A DNA stretch of 64,000 nucleotides, taken from Hydrurus foetidus (lineage: Eukaryota). Of the stretch, positions 1 to 11,000 are shown one piece after another. Positions within the stretch are counted from its first letter, which is position 1, and every line of letters begins with the position of its first letter. The DNA is taken from positions 1,054,001 to 1,118,000 of the forward strand of contig UYFQ01000001.1 in the NCBI GenBank assembly GCA_900617105.1, given 5' to 3'. The notes below the pieces were generated by a model that ran no database searches, was not told the origin of the DNA, and saw nothing but the letters and a program-made list of their open reading frames with translations. A program made the translations under genes and the position numbers.

Positions 1-791
1 GGCCGTGCCGGGATGCTGTTACCCGCCAGCACACGGCCTTGAGCATCGAGCAGTGCGACGGCGTATTTTGTCCACACATCGGCGAGCACACCGAGCTGCA
101 AGATGCTTTCTACCGAGTATTCGGCCAGCAGCTCACCCGTGACGCGGGCTTGTTTGGGGAAAGGCAGGTGGAGTTCCAGGATGGCAGGGCGCTCTTGGCG
201 GGCCATGGGTTGGGCATACACCGGCTGCTGCATGGCCATCGCCAGCGCGAAACTCCGCTGTGTGTCGCTGGGCGGCAGTGCGTCGCCGGTCAAACGCAGT
301 TGCTGGCTGTTCATGCTGGGCGCAGCGTAGCTGGCCAAGATGCGGCCAGTGCGGTCTACCCAGCTCAGGATGTGCAGCTCAGGGTACTGGTCCATCAGCG
401 ATTCGGCGCGGCCTATGAACTCTTCGGTGTCGATCTCGGCATTGGCGGTTTCCCGGGCAAGGCGCACCAGCTGGTCTTGGCGTTCCAGCAGGCGCAGGCG
501 GATTTGCTGCTGGGCGTATTCCACATCGCGTTTGAGCGCTTCGTGTTCGCGTTCCATTTCTTCGAGCCGCAGGTAGCTGAACGACGCCACGATGGCGGCG
601 AGGAACAGCAGCACGGCGGCAATGGGAGCCAGCAGGGCCAAACGATCTTGCCGGGTGGCGGGCTGGCGAGTCCACCACAAGCGCCACCAACGGTTAACGT
701 TTTTTCGGCGTTCAGGCCCAGGAAAAGGCTTGGGCGGCGGCGTAGAAGCAGGTGTCGAAGAGGGCGTGGAAGAAGGGAGGCGATCTTGCAT
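1..791 (-). CDS. Membrane-anchored sensor histidine kinase, N-terminal part (runs off the window edge)
   Basis: Manual translation from ATG at 791: MQDRLPSS...RWWRLWWTRQPATRQDRLALLAPIAAVLLFLAAIVASFSYLRLEEMEREHEALKRDVEYAQQ (TM helix then coiled coil). Resembles the PAS sensor kinase usually divergent from aceE in Burkholderiales. Kinase domains lie outside the window. Confidence 0.6.
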   Translation of the reverse strand, partial: MQDRLPSSTPSSTPASTPPPKPFPGPERRKNVNRWWRLWWTRQPATRQDRLALLAPIAAVLLFLAAIVASFSYLRLEEMEREHEALKRDVEYAQQQIRLRLLERQDQLVRLARETANAEIDTEEFIGRAESLMDQYPELHILSWVDRTGRILASYAAPSMNSQQLRLTGDALPPSDTQRSFALAMAMQQPVYAQPMARQERPAILELHLPFPKQARVTGELLAEYSVESILQLGVLADVWTKYAVALLDAQGRVLAGNSIPAR

Positions 792-894
792 GCGCGGGAG
801 TGTAGGCGAGTGTTCATTAAACGCTCGGTACTTACCCGTGCCTCACAAGTATTTACCCTTCTTTTGGCATGGAATACGCAGTTTTACGTAGGTA

Positions 895-911
895 ATTTCA
901 CATAATGAGAT
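895..911. promoter_or_regulatory. Imperfect palindrome ATTTCA-CATAA-TGAGAT upstream of aceE, possible regulator site
   Basis: Inverted repeat in the AT-rich divergent intergenic region; cognate factor unknown. Confidence 0.3.
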
Positions 912-998
912 CATTGATCACTATTTGAAATTTTTGAAAATCATGAGAGAATAGACTTGCACCACTAAATCACGACCTTACTTTTTCAGGAGACAAGC

Positions 999-3716
999 AT
1001 GTCAGCTATGCCCCAAAACCTGTCTGGCGCGCCTGCCGCAGACGCAGACAGCCAAGAAACCCGCGAATGGATGGACGCGCTGTCAGCCGTCATTGAGGCC
1101 GAAGGCCCAGAACGCGCCCATTACCTGCTGGAGCAGCTCTTGGAGCACGCCCGCCAAAGCAGCATCGACATGCCGTTTTCGGCCAACACCGGCTACGTCA
1201 ACACCATTGAGGTAGACCAAGAAGCGCGTTGCACAGGCAACATCGAAATCGAAGAGCGCCTGCGCTCGTACATGCGCTGGAACGCGATGGCGATGGTGGT
1301 CAAAGCCAACCGCCATCACCCCATCGACGGTGGCGATTTGGGCGGCCATATCGGCTCATTCGCTTCACTCGCCCACATGTTTGGCGCGGGTTTCAACCAT
1401 TTTTGGCACGCTGAAAACAACACCCCCGGCAAAGAGCACGGCGGGGACTGCCTCTACATCCAGGGCCACGTATCGCCCGGCGTTTACGCCCGCGCTTACC
1501 TGGAAGGCCGTTTGACCGAAGAGCAGTTGCTCAACTTCCGTCAAGAAGTGGATGGCAAAGGCTTGTCCAGCTACCCGCACCCCAAGTTGATGCCTGAGTT
1601 CTGGCAGTTCCCCACTGTGTCGATGGGCCTTGGCCCGTTGATGGCGATCTACCAAGCCCGTTTCCTGAAGTATTTGCACGCCCGTGGCATTGCCAACACC
1701 GAGAATCGCAAAATCTGGGTGTTCTGCGGGGACGGCGAGATGGACGAAGTTGAATCCTTGGGTGCTATCGGCTTGGCCGCACGCGAAAAGCTGGACAACC
1801 TCGTGTTCGTCATCAACTGCAACTTGCAACGCTTGGACGGCCCTGTGCGCGGCAACGGCAAGATCGTGCAAGAGCTGGAAGGCGAATTCCGTGGTGCTGG
1901 TTGGAACGTCATCAAGCTGCTCTGGGGCAGCGAGTGGGATCCGCTCTTGGCCCGCGACAAAGACGGTGCCCTCAAAAAGCTGATGATGGAAACGCTGGAC
2001 GGCGATTACCAAGCCTTTAAAGCGAACGACGGCGCTTATGTGCGCAAACACTTCTTTGGCCGCGACCCCCGCACGCTAGAGATGGTTGCCCACATGAGCG
2101 ACGATGAAATCTGGGCGTTGAAGCGTGGCGGCCATGATGCTAAAAAGGTCTACGCGGCCTTTGACGCAGCCGTCAACCACAAAGACGAGCCCACCGTGTT
2201 ACTCATCAAAACCGTCAAAGGCTTTGGCATGGGCAAGAGCGGTGAAGGCAAAAACAACGTCCACCAGACCAAGAAGCTCACCGATGAAGACATCAAAATC
2301 TTCCGCGACCGCTTCAACATCCCAATCCCTGACAGCCAGCTGGCCGAGATTCCGTTCTACAAGCCCGCTGACGACACCCCCGAGATGCGTTACCTGCACG
2401 AGCGCCGCGAAGCCCTGGGTGGCTACTTGCCGCACCGCCGCACCAAGGCCGATGAGCAGTTCACCGTGCCCGCGTTGGAAACCTTTAAAAGCGTGATCGA
2501 GCCCACCGCCGAAGGCCGTGAAATCTCCACCACGCAAGCCTATGTGCGTTTCTTGACCACGCTGCTGCGCGACCAAGCCCTTGGCCCCCGTGTGGTGCCT
2601 ATTCTGGTGGACGAAGCCCGTACCTTCGGCATGGAAGGCTTGTTCCGTCAAATCGGTATCTACAACCCAGCAGGTCAGCAGTACACCCCGGTCGATAAAG
2701 ACCAGGTGATGTACTACCGCGAAGACAAAGCCGGTCAAATCTTGCAAGAAGGCATCAACGAAGCCGGTGGCATGTCCAGCTGGATCGCAGCCGCCACCAG
2801 CTACAGCACCAGCAACCGGATCATGATCCCGTTCTACGTGTACTACTCGATGTTCGGCTTCCAGCGCATTGGCGACTTGGCCTGGGCTGCGGGCGACATG
2901 CAAGCACGTGGCTTCTTGTTGGGCGGCACCTCGGGCCGTACCACGCTGAATGGCGAAGGCTTGCAGCACGAAGACGGCCACAGCCACATCATGGCTGGCA
3001 CCATCCCGAACTGCATCAGCTACGACCCCACCTTTGCCCACGAAGTCGGCGTGATCTTGCACCACGGCTTGAAGCGCATGGTCGAAAAGCAAGACAACGT
3101 CTACTACTACCTGACCCTGTTGAATGAAAACTACCCCATGCCCGGCCTCACCGCTGGCACGGAAGAGCAGATCATCAAGGGCATGTACGAGTGCAAGAAG
3201 GGTGGCAATCACGAACACCGCGTGCAGCTGCTGGGTTCCGGCACCATCCTGCGTGAATCCATTGCGGCACAAGCGCTGCTGGAAAACGACTGGGGTATTT
3301 CCGCTGACGTGTGGAGCTGCCCAAGCTTCAACGAGTTGACCCGTGACGGCCAAGACGCTGAGCGTTTCAACCTGTTGCACCCGATGGAAGAGGCCCGTGT
3401 GTCCTTCGTTGGTCAACAGCTCGCTGGCAGCACCGGCCCCGTGGTCGCATCGACGGATTACATGAAGGCTTACGCCGAGCAAATTCGCCCCTTCATTCCC
3501 AAGGGCCGTGTTTACAAAGTGCTGGGCACCGACGGCTTTGGCCGCAGCGATTTCCGCTCGAAACTGCGCGAACACTTCGAGATCAACCGCCACTACATCG
3601 TGCTGGCCGCCCTCAAAGCGCTGAGCGAAGACGGCAGCGTGCCTGTGAGCCGCGTGATGGAAGCCATCACCAAGTACGGTATCAAAACCGACAAGATCAA
3701 CCCGCTGTACGCTTAA
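999..3716 (+). CDS. aceE: Pyruvate dehydrogenase E1 component, homodimeric type
   Basis: 905 aa; GLSSYPHP, PTVSMGLG, TPP motif GDGEMDE...NCNLQRLDG, GEGLQHEDG; AGGAG RBS. Confidence 0.98.
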   Translation: MSAMPQNLSGAPAADADSQETREWMDALSAVIEAEGPERAHYLLEQLLEHARQSSIDMPFSANTGYVNTIEVDQEARCTGNIEIEERLRSYMRWNAMAMVVKANRHHPIDGGDLGGHIGSFASLAHMFGAGFNHFWHAENNTPGKEHGGDCLYIQGHVSPGVYARAYLEGRLTEEQLLNFRQEVDGKGLSSYPHPKLMPEFWQFPTVSMGLGPLMAIYQARFLKYLHARGIANTENRKIWVFCGDGEMDEVESLGAIGLAAREKLDNLVFVINCNLQRLDGPVRGNGKIVQELEGEFRGAGWNVIKLLWGSEWDPLLARDKDGALKKLMMETLDGDYQAFKANDGAYVRKHFFGRDPRTLEMVAHMSDDEIWALKRGGHDAKKVYAAFDAAVNHKDEPTVLLIKTVKGFGMGKSGEGKNNVHQTKKLTDEDIKIFRDRFNIPIPDSQLAEIPFYKPADDTPEMRYLHERREALGGYLPHRRTKADEQFTVPALETFKSVIEPTAEGREISTTQAYVRFLTTLLRDQALGPRVVPILVDEARTFGMEGLFRQIGIYNPAGQQYTPVDKDQVMYYREDKAGQILQEGINEAGGMSSWIAAATSYSTSNRIMIPFYVYYSMFGFQRIGDLAWAAGDMQARGFLLGGTSGRTTLNGEGLQHEDGHSHIMAGTIPNCISYDPTFAHEVGVILHHGLKRMVEKQDNVYYYLTLLNENYPMPGLTAGTEEQIIKGMYECKKGGNHEHRVQLLGSGTILRESIAAQALLENDWGISADVWSCPSFNELTRDGQDAERFNLLHPMEEARVSFVGQQLAGSTGPVVASTDYMKAYAEQIRPFIPKGRVYKVLGTDGFGRSDFRSKLREHFEINRHYIVLAALKALSEDGSVPVSRVMEAITKYGIKTDKINPLYA

Positions 3717-3734
3717 ACGCCAGGAGAGAACAAC

Positions 3735-5447
3735 ATGGCCAACGTAGAAATTCAAGTTCCTGATATCGGTGATTTTGATGAAGTCACCGTGATCGAGTTG
3801 ATGGTGAAACCCGGCGACACGGTGAAGGCCGACCAGTCGCTTATCACCGTCGAATCCGACAAAGCGTCGATGGAGATCCCCTCCAGCCACGCCGGTGTGG
3901 TGAAAGAGCTGCGCATTAAGCTGGGCGACAAAGTCAAGCAAGGCTCCATCGTGTTGGTGCTCGAGACCGAGGGCGGCGCTGCTGCTGCCCCAGCCGCTGC
4001 ACCCGTTGCAGCACCTAACCCTGCGCCAGCGCCTTCTGTACAAGCACCTGCTGCTCCTGTTGTTGTAGCGCCTGTCGCCGCAGCAGCCAGCGTAGGCTTG
4101 ATCGAAGTGCGCGTGCCTGACATCGGCGACTTCAAAGACGTGGCCGTGATTGAGCTGCTGGTCAAAGTGGGCGACACCATCAAGGCTGAGCAATCGCTGA
4201 TGACGGTGGAGTCTGACAAAGCGGCGATGGAAATCCCCTCATCGTCAGCAGGTGTCATCAAAGAACTCAAAGTCAAGCTGGGTGACAAGGTCAACATTGG
4301 CGACTTGGTGGTGATTTTGGAAGGTGCCATTACTGCATCGTCAACGGCATCGGCTTCTCCTGCCGCAGCGGTTGCAGTGCCTGCACCTGCTGCAGCGCAG
4401 GCTGCACCGACACTAGCAGCTACAACTTCTGTAGCGGTTGCGGTGTTTGCCCCTTCCCCTGTTGCTGCCAGTGTCCCCGCGCATGACCCTACCGCCAGTG
4501 CGCTGCACCTGCCTCACGCCAGCCCCTCCGTGCGCAAATTCGCCCGCGAACTTGGCGTGCCGTTGGAAGAACTCAAAGGTACAGGCCACAAGGGCCGCAT
4601 CACCGAAAGCGATGTACAAGGCTTCACCAAGTCCGTCATGGCCGGTGCAGTGCAGACCAAAGCCCAGGTGGCGAATGCCCCTAAAGCGGCTGCGGGTGCC
4701 AGTGATGGTGGCGGCTTGGGTCTGTTGGCTTGGCCCAAGGTCGATTTCGCCAAGTTCGGCCCGGTTGAGCGCAAAGACATGTCGCGCATCAAGAAGATCA
4801 GCGGTGCTAACCTGCACCGCAACTGGGTCATCATCCCGCACGTCACCAACCATGACGACTGCGACATCACCGACCTGGAAGCCTTCCGCGTCAGCATGAA
4901 CAAAGAGAACGAGAAGTCTGGCATCAAGCTCACGATGCTGGCCTTCATGATCAAAGCCAGCGTGGCGGCTTTGAAGAAGTTCCCCGAGTTCAACAGCTCG
5001 CTTGATGGCGACCAGCTGGTGATGAAGCAGTACTTCAACATCGGTTTCGCGGCAGACACGCCAAACGGCTTGGTCGTCCCCGTCATCAAAGACGCAGACA
5101 AAAAAGGCGTGATGCAAATCTCTACCGAAATGGGTGAACTCGCTAAAAAGGCCCGTGATGGCAAGCTGGGCCCGGCCGACATGAGCGGTGCCTGCTTCAC
5201 CATCTCGTCGCTGGGTGGCATTGGCGGGCGGTACTTCACCCCCATCATCAACGCCCCCGAAGTCGCCATCATGGGTGTGTGCAAGAGCGCGATCGAACCC
5301 AAGTGGGACGGCAAAGCCTTCCAGCCGCGTTTGATGTTGCCGCTGTCGCTGTCGTGGGATCACCGCGTGATCGACGGTGCCGCTGCTGCCCGCTTCAACG
5401 CGTTCTTTGGCCAAGTCTTGACGGACTTCCGTCGAGTCCTTCTGTAA
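3735..5447 (+). CDS. aceF: Dihydrolipoyllysine acetyltransferase (PDH E2) with two lipoyl domains
   Basis: Two ESDKA lipoyl motifs, Ala/Pro linkers, HASPSVRKFARELG subunit-binding domain, catalytic DHRVIDG. Confidence 0.98.
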   Translation: MANVEIQVPDIGDFDEVTVIELMVKPGDTVKADQSLITVESDKASMEIPSSHAGVVKELRIKLGDKVKQGSIVLVLETEGGAAAAPAAAPVAAPNPAPAPSVQAPAAPVVVAPVAAAASVGLIEVRVPDIGDFKDVAVIELLVKVGDTIKAEQSLMTVESDKAAMEIPSSSAGVIKELKVKLGDKVNIGDLVVILEGAITASSTASASPAAAVAVPAPAAAQAAPTLAATTSVAVAVFAPSPVAASVPAHDPTASALHLPHASPSVRKFARELGVPLEELKGTGHKGRITESDVQGFTKSVMAGAVQTKAQVANAPKAAAGASDGGGLGLLAWPKVDFAKFGPVERKDMSRIKKISGANLHRNWVIIPHVTNHDDCDITDLEAFRVSMNKENEKSGIKLTMLAFMIKASVAALKKFPEFNSSLDGDQLVMKQYFNIGFAADTPNGLVVPVIKDADKKGVMQISTEMGELAKKARDGKLGPADMSGACFTISSLGGIGGRYFTPIINAPEVAIMGVCKSAIEPKWDGKAFQPRLMLPLSLSWDHRVIDGAAAARFNAFFGQVLTDFRRVLL

Positions 5448-6031
5448 TGACCACCGTCGTTGTTGTTAAGAAAAATGGCCAAGTCGCCATCGCCGCCGAT
5501 TCGTTGGTGACGTTTGGCGACACCATGCTGGGGCCCCGCTTTGAGGCCAACAGCAAGATCGTCATGGTCGATACGCTGGTCGGGCCGACCTACATTGGTG
5601 CGGCAGGCACGGTCGCGCACTTCCCCGTGCTGCGCCGGGCCTTGAACAGCTTGTCCCTTGACCAGCGCTTGTTGGGCAGCAAAGACGAGGTGTTCGACAC
5701 CTTCACCCGGCTGCACCCCTTGCTCAAAGAAAACTTCTTTTTGCAAACCAAAGAAGACGACAACGACCCCTACGAGTCCAGCCAGTTCAGCGTGCTGGTG
5801 GCCAATGCCACCGGCATCTACGGCCTGTACAGCTACCGCGAAGTCTTCGAGTTCAAAGAATTCTGGGGCATCGGCTCAGGCCGCAGCTTTGCACTCGGTG
5901 CCATGCAGGCGGTGTGGGCCAAAGCCAAAACTGCCAAAGAAGTGGCCGTTGCGGGCATCACCGCCGGCTGCGAATTCGATAAAAGCTCTGGCCTGCCGGT
6001 GGACGTGTTCACCGTCAAGCTCAAAGCTTAA
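5447..6031 (+). CDS. Ntn-hydrolase, proteasome beta/HslV-like (probable betaproteobacterial proteasome homolog, BPH)
   Basis: ATG overlaps the aceF stop (TAATG); N-terminal MTT, AIAADS, GIGSG and D..SG motifs typical of proteasome-fold Thr proteases. Confidence 0.75.
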   Translation: MTTVVVVKKNGQVAIAADSLVTFGDTMLGPRFEANSKIVMVDTLVGPTYIGAAGTVAHFPVLRRALNSLSLDQRLLGSKDEVFDTFTRLHPLLKENFFLQTKEDDNDPYESSQFSVLVANATGIYGLYSYREVFEFKEFWGIGSGRSFALGAMQAVWAKAKTAKEVAVAGITAGCEFDKSSGLPVDVFTVKLKA

Positions 6032-6078
6032 AAATCCTCAATTGACATCACATCACGTTTTTGCGTGGAGAACCTCTC

Positions 6079-7923
6079 ATGGCACTGATTGAAATCAAAG
6101 TCCCCGACATTGGCGATTTCGCCGAAGTCACCGTCATCGAATTGATGGTCAAACCCGGCGATACCGTCAAGGTAGACCAGTCGCTGCTGACCGTGGAGAG
6201 CGACAAAGCCTCCATGGAAATCCCTTGCAGCCACGCCGGTGTGGTCAAAGAATTGCGCGTCAAGCTGGGCGATAAAGTCGCCGAAGGCACCGTGGTGCTG
6301 ATGCTGGAAGCCGCTGGCGAGGCGGCTGCTGCACCTGTGGCCGCAGCGCCTGCACCTTCCACACCTGCTACCCCCGCACCTGTGCAAGCTGCACCGGTAT
6401 CAGCAGCTATCACTTCCGTAGCATCAACTTACACCGGCGCTGTTGATCTCGACTGCGATCTGCTGGTGCTGGGCGCTGGCCCTGGTGGCTACAGCGCGGC
6501 TTTCCGTGCGGCTGATTTGGGCCTCAAAGTCGTGATCGTCGAGCGCTACGCCACCTTGGGCGGTGTCTGCCTGAACGTCGGCTGCATCCCGTCCAAAGCC
6601 CTGCTGCATGTCGCATCCGTCATGGATGAAGTCAAGCATTTTGAAGCCTTGGGTGTCACCTTCGCCGCCCCAGAAATTGACCGTGCCAAGCTGCTCGGCC
6701 ACAAAAACAAAGTCGTCAGCAAGTTGACCGGCGGCCTCAGCGCCATGGCCAAGATGCGCAAAGTCACTGTCGTGCGTGGCTACGGCGCGTTCCTCGATGC
6801 CTTCCACGTTCAGGTGGAAGAAACCACCGGCACGGCGCAAGAGAAGACCGGCAAATCCCAAACCATCAAGTTCAAAAACTGCATCATCGCCGCAGGCAGC
6901 CAAGCCGTACGCTTGCCGTTCATGCCCGATGATCCGCGCGTGGTTGATTCCACCGGCGCACTGGCGATGGGCACGGCCCCCAAGCGCATGCTGATCCTGG
7001 GTGGCGGCATCATCGGCTTAGAGATGGGCACCGTCTACAGCACCCTGGGCGCACGCCTGGACGTGGTGGAAATGATGGACGGCCTGATGCAAGGCGCTGA
7101 CCGCGATCTGGTCAAAGTCTGGCAAAAAATGAACGCCTACCGTTTCGACAACATCATGTTGAATACCAAAACGGTCGGTGCCAAAGCCACCCCCGAAGGC
7201 ATCGAAGTCACCTTCGCCCCAGCGGCAGAAGGCGGCACCTGCCCCGCACCGCAAACTTACGATCTGGTCTTGCAAGCCGTAGGCCGCACGCCCAACGGCA
7301 AAAAGATCGCCGCTGACAAAGCTGGTGTCACCGTCACCGACCGTGGTTTCGTGCCCGTCAACATCCAAATGCGCACCAACGTGCCCCACATCTTCGCCAT
7401 CGGCGACATCGTGGGCCAACCCATGCTGGCCCACAAAGCCGTACACGAAGCCCATGTCGCTGCCGAAGTCATCGCCGGTGAAATCCAAGGCAATAAAGAA
7501 CTCGCCAGCGCCGCCTTCAACGCCCGCGTCATCCCCAGCGTCGCCTACACCGACCCCGAAGTCGCCTGGGTTGGCCTCACCGAAGACCAAGCCAAAGCCC
7601 AAGGCATCAAGGTCAAAAAAGGCCTGTTCCCGTGGACGGCATCAGGCCGCGCCATCGCGAATGGCCGCGACGAAGGCTTCACCAAACTGCTGTTTGACGA
7701 CAGCCCCGAAGCCCACGGCCACGGCAAAATCCTGGGCGGCGGCATCGTCGGCACCCACGCTGGCGACATGATCGGCGAGATCTCTCTGGCGATTGAAATG
7801 GGTGCTGATGTGGTCGATATCGGCAAAACGATTCACCCGCACCCAACGCTGGGGGAGAGCATTGGCATGGCGGCTGAAGTGGCGCATGGGTCATGCACGG
7901 ACTTGCCGCCTGGGAAGAAGTAA
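6079..7923 (+). CDS. lpdA: Dihydrolipoamide dehydrogenase (E3) with N-terminal lipoyl domain
   Basis: GAGPGG FAD motif, GGVCLNVGCIP redox disulfide, GGGIIG, HPHPTLGE; start set to the ATG after GGAG. Confidence 0.98.
   Translation: MALIEIKVPDIGDFAEVTVIELMVKPGDTVKVDQSLLTVESDKASMEIPCSHAGVVKELRVKLGDKVAEGTVVLMLEAAGEAAAAPVAAAPAPSTPATPAPVQAAPVSAAITSVASTYTGAVDLDCDLLVLGAGPGGYSAAFRAADLGLKVVIVERYATLGGVCLNVGCIPSKALLHVASVMDEVKHFEALGVTFAAPEIDRAKLLGHKNKVVSKLTGGLSAMAKMRKVTVVRGYGAFLDAFHVQVEETTGTAQEKTGKSQTIKFKNCIIAAGSQAVRLPFMPDDPRVVDSTGALAMGTAPKRMLILGGGIIGLEMGTVYSTLGARLDVVEMMDGLMQGADRDLVKVWQKMNAYRFDNIMLNTKTVGAKATPEGIEVTFAPAAEGGTCPAPQTYDLVLQAVGRTPNGKKIAADKAGVTVTDRGFVPVNIQMRTNVPHIFAIGDIVGQPMLAHKAVHEAHVAAEVIAGEIQGNKELASAAFNARVIPSVAYTDPEVAWVGLTEDQAKAQGIKVKKGLFPWTASGRAIANGRDEGFTKLLFDDSPEAHGHGKILGGGIVGTHAGDMIGEISLAIEMGADVVDIGKTIHPHPTLGESIGMAAEVAHGSCTDLPPGKK
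7517..7923 (+). repeat. Direct repeat copy 1 (lpdA 3' end, 407 bp)
   Basis: Colinear with 13385-13791 at a constant offset of 5868 at both ends; mostly synonymous differences. Confidence 0.95.
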
Positions 7924-7953
7924 ACTGCTAAAACACTATTAAATTAATAGCTA

Positions 7954-7989
7954 GCTGCGCAATCCCTACTGGGGGTACGCGGCTTTTTT
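7954..7989 (+). terminator. Putative intrinsic terminator after lpdA
   Basis: gctgcg...cgcggc stem followed by a T run; a related sequence follows the second lpdA copy. Confidence 0.5.
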
Positions 7990-8052
7990 AATGCGTAATG
8001 AGAATGTGACTCTCAGTACTTGTTCAGACGCGTACAGAATTGGGCCTGCAGG

Positions 8053-11000
8053 TCATGGTCGCTCCGCTGCTCTCAACCATGTGTTGATGCCATCGACACC
8101 TAATTCCAACAATGTGTCTTGTAGCGCGACCACACGTTTAATCATTTCACCGTCGTCAGACTCCTCTCGCTCCTCCGCATTGGCAAATAAGCGAGTCAGC
8201 AATTGGGTTAGGTTGTTTTCGTAGTCGTGCAGGTAGGGCTTGGTGCGTTTGACATAGGCCAGATAAATTTCAGTAACGGCTAAGGCTTGCTCTGGATCGT
8301 GTTGTGCCGTGCTGTTCAGCCATTCATCAACGCCAATCAAGCGGTGGTGCTTGTTCTCATCATCTTTTTCGAGGACATCGAAGTGGCGCTGGATCAGTGC
8401 TGTTGGCACAGAAACCACCTGTGTTTTATCTCTGAATAAGTGATCCATCTGTCCCGCAACTGATTTGGCGTGTGCATTTCTGGCATTCAAACCAGCTTCA
8501 AGTCCTGCAAGACATTGTTCACGGTATTTACGGATATTTTCAGGGTGCGTCCAAACGCTTGCAGCACCCCACCACGCTTCAGTGGCATCCAGCACTTTCA
8601 ATTCTTCGAGAAATACGGAAAAGTCGAGGTGTCCCACCAGGGCTGCTAACGCAGATATGCGCCCCCAAATTTCAAAGTCCTTGCCTTTTCCTTCTTTGAG
8701 AATACGCGGCAGCATGGCTGCAACTCTCTCAAAATGATCGTGATAAGCGTAATAAAGACAAGTTTCCGCACTTTCCCATAATCCCTGTGAGTCCACCATC
8801 GCGCTGTGGAATAAATCCCAGCCTAGTGCTGGGTTACGACTTTGAATTGAGGGTAAACGACGCAAGACCAGCGCACGTATTGCTGGGTGTTCGTCTGCGG
8901 CAAAACGGCGTAGCGTGGCCGAAAGAAGTTCTGGAAATATGGCGTTTTTTTCCAGGAACTGATTGGCCAAAATCATCAAGGTTTCGACAACGTGGCCGCG
9001 CACCATGTTGATGCCAGTGGTCAGTAAATCAACGGAGTCGCCGCGGATAGAGCTTTCTTCTCTCAGTGTTTCATATCCGATGGCTAAAAATACCAGCCGC
9101 GCTGTATCTTGGCTGTCAGTCACAACATGTGCGCAGGCTTGCAATGCATTGGATGCCGAGCGGTTGTGGTGCCAGTAGCTAGGGTGCCTTTCGAGTTCGT
9201 CAATGATTTGTCGTGCCAAGCTGGGCGCATCCGGTTCTTCGCTCGGTTTCCAGGTGGCATTGGCTTGCAAGCTGCCATAGCGGTGTGCCAGATAGTTGGC
9301 GACACCGTCCATGATGTCATTGCAAAAACTGTCGGAAATATCCGTCCAATGCGCGGGCAACAGATGCAAGAAACGCGTAGGTTGGCGGGACGCTGCTTCG
9401 CGCAGTTGCCAGCCAACCTCTCGTTCGCCACCGATCAGAAAGTCATCGCCGTGCGAATTTGATTGCCCGGTGTAATGCGCCAGTAATCGCAGCACCCCAG
9501 CATCGGTAGCCTTCAAAAAAACCTCGTATGAAAACGGTGCGCCGACCATACCGCCACGCATTCCTATGCGCGGCTGGCGGATGAGATAGCCCACTGTTTG
9601 TACTTGTGCGTCCAACAAAGCTTGTGCTTTTGGTGAACGCAGATAACAAGGTACTGTGACGATCAGTTGAGCTTGCTCGCGTAATATCCAGTCGCGGTTG
9701 AGATCGTCGTTAGCCTCATCTTCATCGCGTAGGGACAAGATGGCTTCCAGCACCGCATCCTGAGCGGGAACCGTCAGGTGCCTGAATGCTGCTTGTACCA
9801 AGGTGCCTATTTCATACGATAAATCAGACTTCAACAACGGCTTGTCGCACAACATCTGCGCAATTAGGTCAACGTTGGCTTCTGGCTCTGCTGTGCAAGC
9901 GAGGACGGCGAAGTAGCGCAATGCCCCCTCGTTGTTGGAGCAGAGGCTTTTACGGTTGTTCTGCCACCAGTCGGAATGAGCCTGGGCATGGGTCAAAATT
10001 GCAGCTTCCACGGCATCCAATAGCACTCGTTCACCGTCAATATGGCGATGGTCGGTTTGACTGTGGGCATCGTTGTACGAGGTTTTACGCAGGAATCCAC
10101 TCCAATAATTGATTCCATATTGAGATAGCCGGGCTTGGCTCCATTGCTCAATCGACGCAAGTGCTAAATCCAGTAGTAACGGAGATTGCTGCATCCTTTG
10201 AAGGAGAAATTTTTCATTGCTGTCGCCAAACTCATGGGGTTGACAGAATAGCTTGTCACCAAATTGATGCGAGAGTGCGTCAACACTGCTGATGTCACCG
10301 ACTACATAGCGCCAAAGCAATGTGTCACTCAGCCCACCTGAAGTGATACCGCGTGCGATAGCAAGTCCTAGAAAGCTGTGTTGACGTCGCGGGAGGTTGA
10401 TTAATATTTCAAGTAAAGGGGCAAGTAGTGCGGTATCAGCAATTCTGATGTCGAAAAGATACAAGCCCAAACGTTCAGCCATTTGATCGCGTGCTACCCA
10501 GTCCAGCGACAGAGCTTCAGTCCAGAAGGCCAAAATGCCCGCTGTGTCGTCATCTTTCCACTGCTGTACCCGATGCACATGTATCGCTATTCCTTCTGCA
10601 TCGTGCGTGGTTTTTAAAGCCGGGACGAGATGTTTAAACCAAAAGTGATGCCATTCAATTGCTGTAGCCTGGGTGTAAATGACCTGATACACGTCACGAT
10701 ACGTTGTGCGCAAATCGTTTATCAAGCTCCAGTCGTCATTCTCCGGTTTTTGCTCTGCAAAGGATTCGGCTACCAAGCGGCGGATGTGGAAGGGAGCCGT
10801 GCCAGTCAGAACCGTACGCAATTGCTTCCGGAATTCGTTGCGCGCTCCAATGGCCAATTGTGCTACAAAGCTACGGATGCTGGGGCGTACAAAGGGCACG
10901 GGAGGCAAGCGTTGAATGAAGGCGTTCAATGTGACACCCTGTCGCACCGCGCCGCTAATCACCAGAACATCCAGCAGGGTTTGGTGTCCGAACGTCAGTT

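Noticed and set aside
39..905. 288-aa plus-strand ORF
   Set aside because: Shadow of the minus-strand sensor kinase, which has a recognisable TM and coiled-coil sequence
2199..4193. 664-aa antisense ORF, and similar long antisense ORFs over aceF, ligJ, ligI, thrC and alaS
   Set aside because: Expected mirror frames of GC-rich, codon-biased genes; no motifs
6079..6330. Lipoyl domain fused to E3
   Set aside because: Known feature of betaproteobacterial PDH E3, not novel
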